Position numbers and translations under genes: made by a program
Notes under the pieces: generated by a model
The model's database searches: none
Told to the model about the DNA's origin: nothing
The model's input: the letters and a program-made list of their open reading frames with translations, nothing else
Origin: Thermodesulfobacteriota bacterium
GTDB taxonomy: Bacteria > Desulfobacterota_D > UBA1144
Length of the DNA stretch: 64,000 nt
Direction: 5' to 3'
Assembly (NCBI GenBank): GCA_036340075.1
Contig: JAYYZJ010000003.1
Span: 31,261-95,260 of the forward strand
In this document: positions 60,039-64,000 of the stretch, one piece after another
How the letters are laid out: each line of letters starts with the position of its first letter
How positions within the stretch are numbered: position 1 is the stretch's first letter

Positions 60039-62828
60039 CCGATTTACATGCTTCTTTAAATATTTCGCAGTAGCAGAATCTAAACATTTCTCAAAATTTT
60101 TAGTACTCCCCTGGAAAATTACATGCCCGCCTTCTTCTCCACCTTGTGGTCCTAAATCAACAATGTAATCGCTTGCATTTATAATATCTATATTATGCTC
60201 AATTATAATTATAGTATTTCCTGCGTCTCTCAATTTATAAATTACATTCAATAATTTATCTACGTCAGAAAAATGTAAACCGATTGTTGGCTCATCAAGG
60301 ATATAAAGACCTTTGCCGGTATTTTTTTTAATTAATTCTTTTGAAAGCTTAATCCTTTGTGCTTCTCCTCCAGATAAAGTTGTTGCGGGTTGGCCTATTT
60401 TTAAATACCCCAAACCTACTGAATTAATTAAATCTATTTTAGATTTTAATAACGGGAATCCCTTAAAAAAAATTGCGGAATCTTCAAAAGTCATATCTAA
60501 AACATCTGCTATGTTTTTATCCTTATATCTAATCTTTAAAGTTTCAAGATCAAACCTTTTACCCTGGCAGGATTCGCATTGCACTGTAACATCAGGCAAA
60601 AAGTTCATTTCGATTTTAATGCTTCCGCCTCCAGAGCACTCTTCGCAACTTCCTTCCTTAATATTAAAACTAAACCTACCTGGCAAAAATCCCTTCATAC
60701 GTGATTCTTGCAAAGATGAAAAAATTTCTCTTATCGAGGAATAAATTCCCGTATATGTTGCGGGATTGGATCTCGGGGTCCTTCCTATAGGTGACTGATC
60801 GATATTGATTATTTTCTCAAAGTATTCAAAACCTTGAATGGATTCAACAAAGGGAAAGATTTTTTTGTTTAGTTTTTTTGGAGACATAGATAAAATTTTA
60901 AAAATTGTATCTACAGCTAAAGAACTTTTTCCGGAACCCGAGACTCCAGTTATACAGGAAATTTTTCCAATAGGTATTCGAACATCAATTGATTTTAAAT
61001 TGTTAAGACTTGCACCAAATATCTCTAAATGCTCTTCGTTGAAACTATTAGATCGATTTATATTAACTTTTTTCTTTCCTGATAGATATTGTCCCGTAAT
61101 GGATAATTTGTTTTTTACTATGTCAGCAATCATTCCCTTTGCTACAATTTCTCCACCATTGGTTCCGGCTCCGGGTCCAATATCTATAATGTAGTCTCCG
61201 GTCCTAATAGTCTCTTCATCGTGCTCAACCACTATTACGGTATTGCCTCGTTTCTTTAATTCCCTAAGAGATTTTTGCAACATATCATTGTCCCTAGGGT
61301 GTAGGCCAATGGTTGGCTCATCAAGAACATATGTTACACCGGTAAGTTTGGCTCCAAGCTGTGAAGCCAATCGAATTCTTTGTGCTTCACCTCCTGATAA
61401 TGTTGGTGCAGTACGATTTAAAGTTAGATAGTCTAATCCAACATTAGATAAAAATTCTAGCCTGCTTAAGAGTTCGCTTTGAAGTTGGTCCCATATTTTT
61501 TGTTTCTCTTTTTTAAATTTTATTTTCTGGAAAAATTTATAGCAATCTTTTACTGAGAGGGAACAAATATCAAATATGTTTAAATTATCTATAAATACAT
61601 TAAGCGCATAATTGTTCAATCTGCTCCCCTTGCATTCATCACAAGGTTCTGTTTTTTGATAAGTCTTTAAAAAAGTTTTTGTTTCTTCGGACCGTGACGA
61701 ATCATACCATTCTTGTAGAATGTTTATAATTCCATTGAATTTGTTTTTTTCATTTTCATATTCTTTGATAAAGCTTGCTATTGTTTTATTGTAAGCTCCG
61801 TAAAAAATCAAACTTCTGTCTTTCGCTGACAATTCAACAAATGGAATATCATCCTTAATTTTGTTTTTATCAATAAAGTCTTTTAATAATTTTTTATACA
61901 ATTGTGAATCTTTTATTGGTTGAATTGCTCCTTCGTTTATAGATTTATTTAAATCAGGAACAATCAACGCCTCATCAAAATATTCAAACTGACCAATTCC
62001 ATCACACTTCTTGCAGCAACCATAAGGACTATTGAAAGAAAAAAGTCTAGGGGAAACTTCTGGTAAGGAAATCCCGCAATTACTACAAGCTAAACTTTGG
62101 TTAAAAATCTTTCTTTCTAATTCTGTCTCTACAAGAACAATTCCTTCTCCATACTTTAATGCTGTTTCAATTGATTCAGCTAATCTCTTATAGTTTTTCG
62201 ATGCTACTTTAACGCTATCGACGTAGACATGGATATCGTGCTTCTTTTGTTTCTCTAAAACTATATTTTCATTTAGATATCTTATTTGGCCATTAATTCT
62301 TACGCTAGAAAACAACTTAGATACGAAGGAAATCTCATTTTTAAACTCGCCTTTCTTTCCCATAGCAATAGGGAAATAAATCTCTATGGTCTGACCTTGT
62401 AAGTTTTTTGTTAAAGAGTCAAGCATTGATTGTAAAGTTGTTTCTTGAACTGGATTGTTGCATTCGTAGCAATTTATACTTCCCAACCTAGCGAACATTA
62501 ATCTAATAAAATCGTAAATCTCTGTTACAGTTGCAACAGTTGACCGTGGGTTACGCATAAAAGTTTTTTGATCAACTGAAACTGAAGGGGAAAGCCCTGA
62601 TACATATTCCAAGTCTGGTTTTTTAAACCTGTCAACAAATTGTCGTGCATAATTTGATAAGGACTCTAAATATCTTCTTTGGCCTTCAGCAAATATTGTG
62701 TCAAAAGCTAGAGTAGATTTACCCGAGCCGCTTATTCCGGTTAAGATAGTAACCTCGCCTCTGGGAATATCGATATCGATATCTTTTAAATTGTTTTCTT
62801 TTACTCCTTTAAGGGTTATTTGTTTCAC
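59985..62828 (-). CDS. uvrA: excinuclease ABC subunit A
   Basis: 947 aa. Two ABC modules with Walker A GISGSGKST and GVSGSGKSS, zinc-finger Cys clusters, and signature LSGGEAQRI present twice. Confidence 0.95.
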   Translation of the reverse strand: MKQITLKGVKENNLKDIDIDIPRGEVTILTGISGSGKSTLAFDTIFAEGQRRYLESLSNYARQFVDRFKKPDLEYVSGLSPSVSVDQKTFMRNPRSTVATVTEIYDFIRLMFARLGSINCYECNNPVQETTLQSMLDSLTKNLQGQTIEIYFPIAMGKKGEFKNEISFVSKLFSSVRINGQIRYLNENIVLEKQKKHDIHVYVDSVKVASKNYKRLAESIETALKYGEGIVLVETELERKIFNQSLACSNCGISLPEVSPRLFSFNSPYGCCKKCDGIGQFEYFDEALIVPDLNKSINEGAIQPIKDSQLYKKLLKDFIDKNKIKDDIPFVELSAKDRSLIFYGAYNKTIASFIKEYENEKNKFNGIINILQEWYDSSRSEETKTFLKTYQKTEPCDECKGSRLNNYALNVFIDNLNIFDICSLSVKDCYKFFQKIKFKKEKQKIWDQLQSELLSRLEFLSNVGLDYLTLNRTAPTLSGGEAQRIRLASQLGAKLTGVTYVLDEPTIGLHPRDNDMLQKSLRELKKRGNTVIVVEHDEETIRTGDYIIDIGPGAGTNGGEIVAKGMIADIVKNKLSITGQYLSGKKKVNINRSNSFNEEHLEIFGASLNNLKSIDVRIPIGKISCITGVSGSGKSSLAVDTIFKILSMSPKKLNKKIFPFVESIQGFEYFEKIINIDQSPIGRTPRSNPATYTGIYSSIREIFSSLQESRMKGFLPGRFSFNIKEGSCEECSGGGSIKIEMNFLPDVTVQCESCQGKRFDLETLKIRYKDKNIADVLDMTFEDSAIFFKGFPLLKSKIDLINSVGLGYLKIGQPATTLSGGEAQRIKLSKELIKKNTGKGLYILDEPTIGLHFSDVDKLLNVIYKLRDAGNTIIIIEHNIDIINASDYIVDLGPQGGEEGGHVIFQGSTKNFEKCLDSATAKYLKKHVNRLIRESKIRNNKTEKNHQ

Positions 62829-62840
62829 GGCTAGTCCTAA

Positions 62841-63512
62841 TCAATTTTTTCGTATAAGCCATTTGAAGATATCCATATCGAATTTGGACTTTGAGAGCTC
62901 TGGATGCCACTGGACAGCCAAAATTTTTCCATTAGGGCTTTCGATTGCCTCCACAATAGAATCTGAAGTTTGTGCGGATGCTACTAAGGGTCTTGGGATT
63001 TTATCAACTGCTTGATGATGAAAACTATTAACGGATACTTTTTCTTTTTTTACAATTTTTTTCAACAAAGAAGATTTTTCAATCTCTACAACATGTTTTT
63101 TGCCTCCGGCATGTTTGATTGAATTTGGAACTAAGGATTTTATGTCTTGAAAAAGTGTTCCTCCTAAGCATACATTTATAAGTTGCATTCCTCCGCATAT
63201 TCCCAAAATTTTTTTATTTTTTTTCCTTATATTGTTTATAAATAGAATTTCACTTTTTGTCCTATTTAAATCTAGTGGGTTAATTTTTTTAGTTGCCTTT
63301 TGTCTATAAAAGCGAGGGTCAATATCTCGGCTTCCGGATACTATTAGTGCATCAATATTCCTTGCAAGTAATTCAACATCTTTTTTAGAAATAGCCATAG
63401 GAAGATAAAAAGGTACCCCACCTGCTTTAAGAATCATCTCAGAATAAAATTTTTCTGATTCAAAAAATTTTCCTTTAATATCACAGGTTATGCCAACCAC
63501 AGTTTTTCCCAT
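62841..63512 (-). CDS. class I glutamine amidotransferase, peptidase C26 (gamma-glutamyl-GABA hydrolase-like)
   Basis: Catalytic Cys in GICGGMQLIN, with His and Glu in FHHQAV and WHPE. Confidence 0.8.
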   Translation of the reverse strand: MGKTVVGITCDIKGKFFESEKFYSEMILKAGGVPFYLPMAISKKDVELLARNIDALIVSGSRDIDPRFYRQKATKKINPLDLNRTKSEILFINNIRKKNKKILGICGGMQLINVCLGGTLFQDIKSLVPNSIKHAGGKKHVVEIEKSSLLKKIVKKEKVSVNSFHHQAVDKIPRPLVASAQTSDSIVEAIESPNGKILAVQWHPELSKSKFDMDIFKWLIRKN

Positions 63513-63587
63513 ATTACTATTATTGTTTATTTTTAATTAATTGAAAATCTTTTAATTGTTAAATAAATAATATAAGATTAGAAAATT

Positions 63588-64000
63588 ATGAAAGCCGAAA
63601 AGTATGACGTTTTAGTAGTAGGGGGAGGTCATGCTGGATGTGAAGCAGCTCTAGCTTCTGCCAGAATGGGAACAAAAACTCTTCTTATTACCGGAAACTT
63701 AGACACCATAGGAGTTATGTCTTGCAATCCTTCAGTGGGAGGTGTAGGGAAAGGTCACTTGGTAAGAGAAATTGACGCTCTAGGAGGAGAAATGGCAAAG
63801 GCTGCGGATTTTGCTTCAATACAATATAGAAGACTAAATACACGCAAGGGGCCGGCCGTACAAGCAACAAGAATTCAAGCTGATCGTAATTTATATAAAA
63901 ACTACATGAAACAAGTAGTTGAATCTGAGGAAAATCTAATTTTAAAACAAAGATTAATTCATTCGTTAATAGAAAAAGAAGGGAAAATTTTAGGTGTAAG
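63588..64000 (+). CDS. mnmG: tRNA uridine 5-carboxymethylaminomethyl modification enzyme MnmG (GidA), N-terminal part; runs off the window end
   Basis: Translation [35 protein letters not shown]...[22 protein letters not shown] is the canonical MnmG FAD-binding N-terminus. Not in the ORF track because it is open-ended. Confidence 0.9.
   Translation, partial: MKAEKYDVLVVGGGHAGCEAALASARMGTKTLLITGNLDTIGVMSCNPSVGGVGKGHLVREIDALGGEMAKAADFASIQYRRLNTRKGPAVQATRIQADRNLYKNYMKQVVESEENLILKQRLIHSLIEKEGKILGV

Noticed and set aside
1-64000. CRISPR arrays, transposases, integrases, phage genes and toxin-antitoxin pairs
   Set aside because: No direct-repeat arrays were found, and no recognisable mobile-element or defence-system proteins beyond the solitary HNH endonuclease. 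The tRNA-adjacent regions lack integrase genes.

Overview
This is a dense, AT-rich bacterial chromosomal segment that looks proteobacterial. The evidence for that is an rpoH with a canonical RpoH box, hisZ-purA adjacency, tRNA-Val–thrS–infC–rpmI–rplT order, and a caa3-type oxidase operon. Guessing a streamlined marine gamma-proteobacterium is inference only. Coding runs on both strands with very short or overlapping intergenic spacers. Most of the window is housekeeping. Recognisable genes include polA, grxD–bolA, alaS, rplU–rpmA, lnt, hisDC, ctaB, ctaA, ctaCDEF with a SCO1 gene, tyrS, nadE, truA, leuB, mfd, gcvTHP, thrS–infC–rpmI–rplT, purC, phoH, purA, hisZ, serA, tatC, uvrA and the start of mnmG. 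RNA genes found by eye are tRNA-Asn(GTT), a CAT-anticodon tRNA (Met or Ile2), tRNA-Val(GAC) and an RNase P RNA (rnpB), none of which appear in the ORF track. Less ordinary content includes a umuDC error-prone polymerase cassette near tRNA-Asn and a standalone HNH endonuclease. An S41 C-terminal processing protease carries a roughly 520-aa extension of unknown function and is translationally coupled to an orphan OppB-like permease. A double-hotdog dehydratase sits next to an acyl-CoA ligase. Convergent to that pair is a three-gene operon encoding a rhodanese, an IscU/SufU-like Fe-S scaffold and an oversized (449 aa) nitroreductase/SagB-like flavoprotein. This operon is the best candidate for an undescribed system in the window. 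No CRISPR array, transposase, integrase or phage genes were seen. All calls rest on reading the translations and sequence by eye, with no database searches run.
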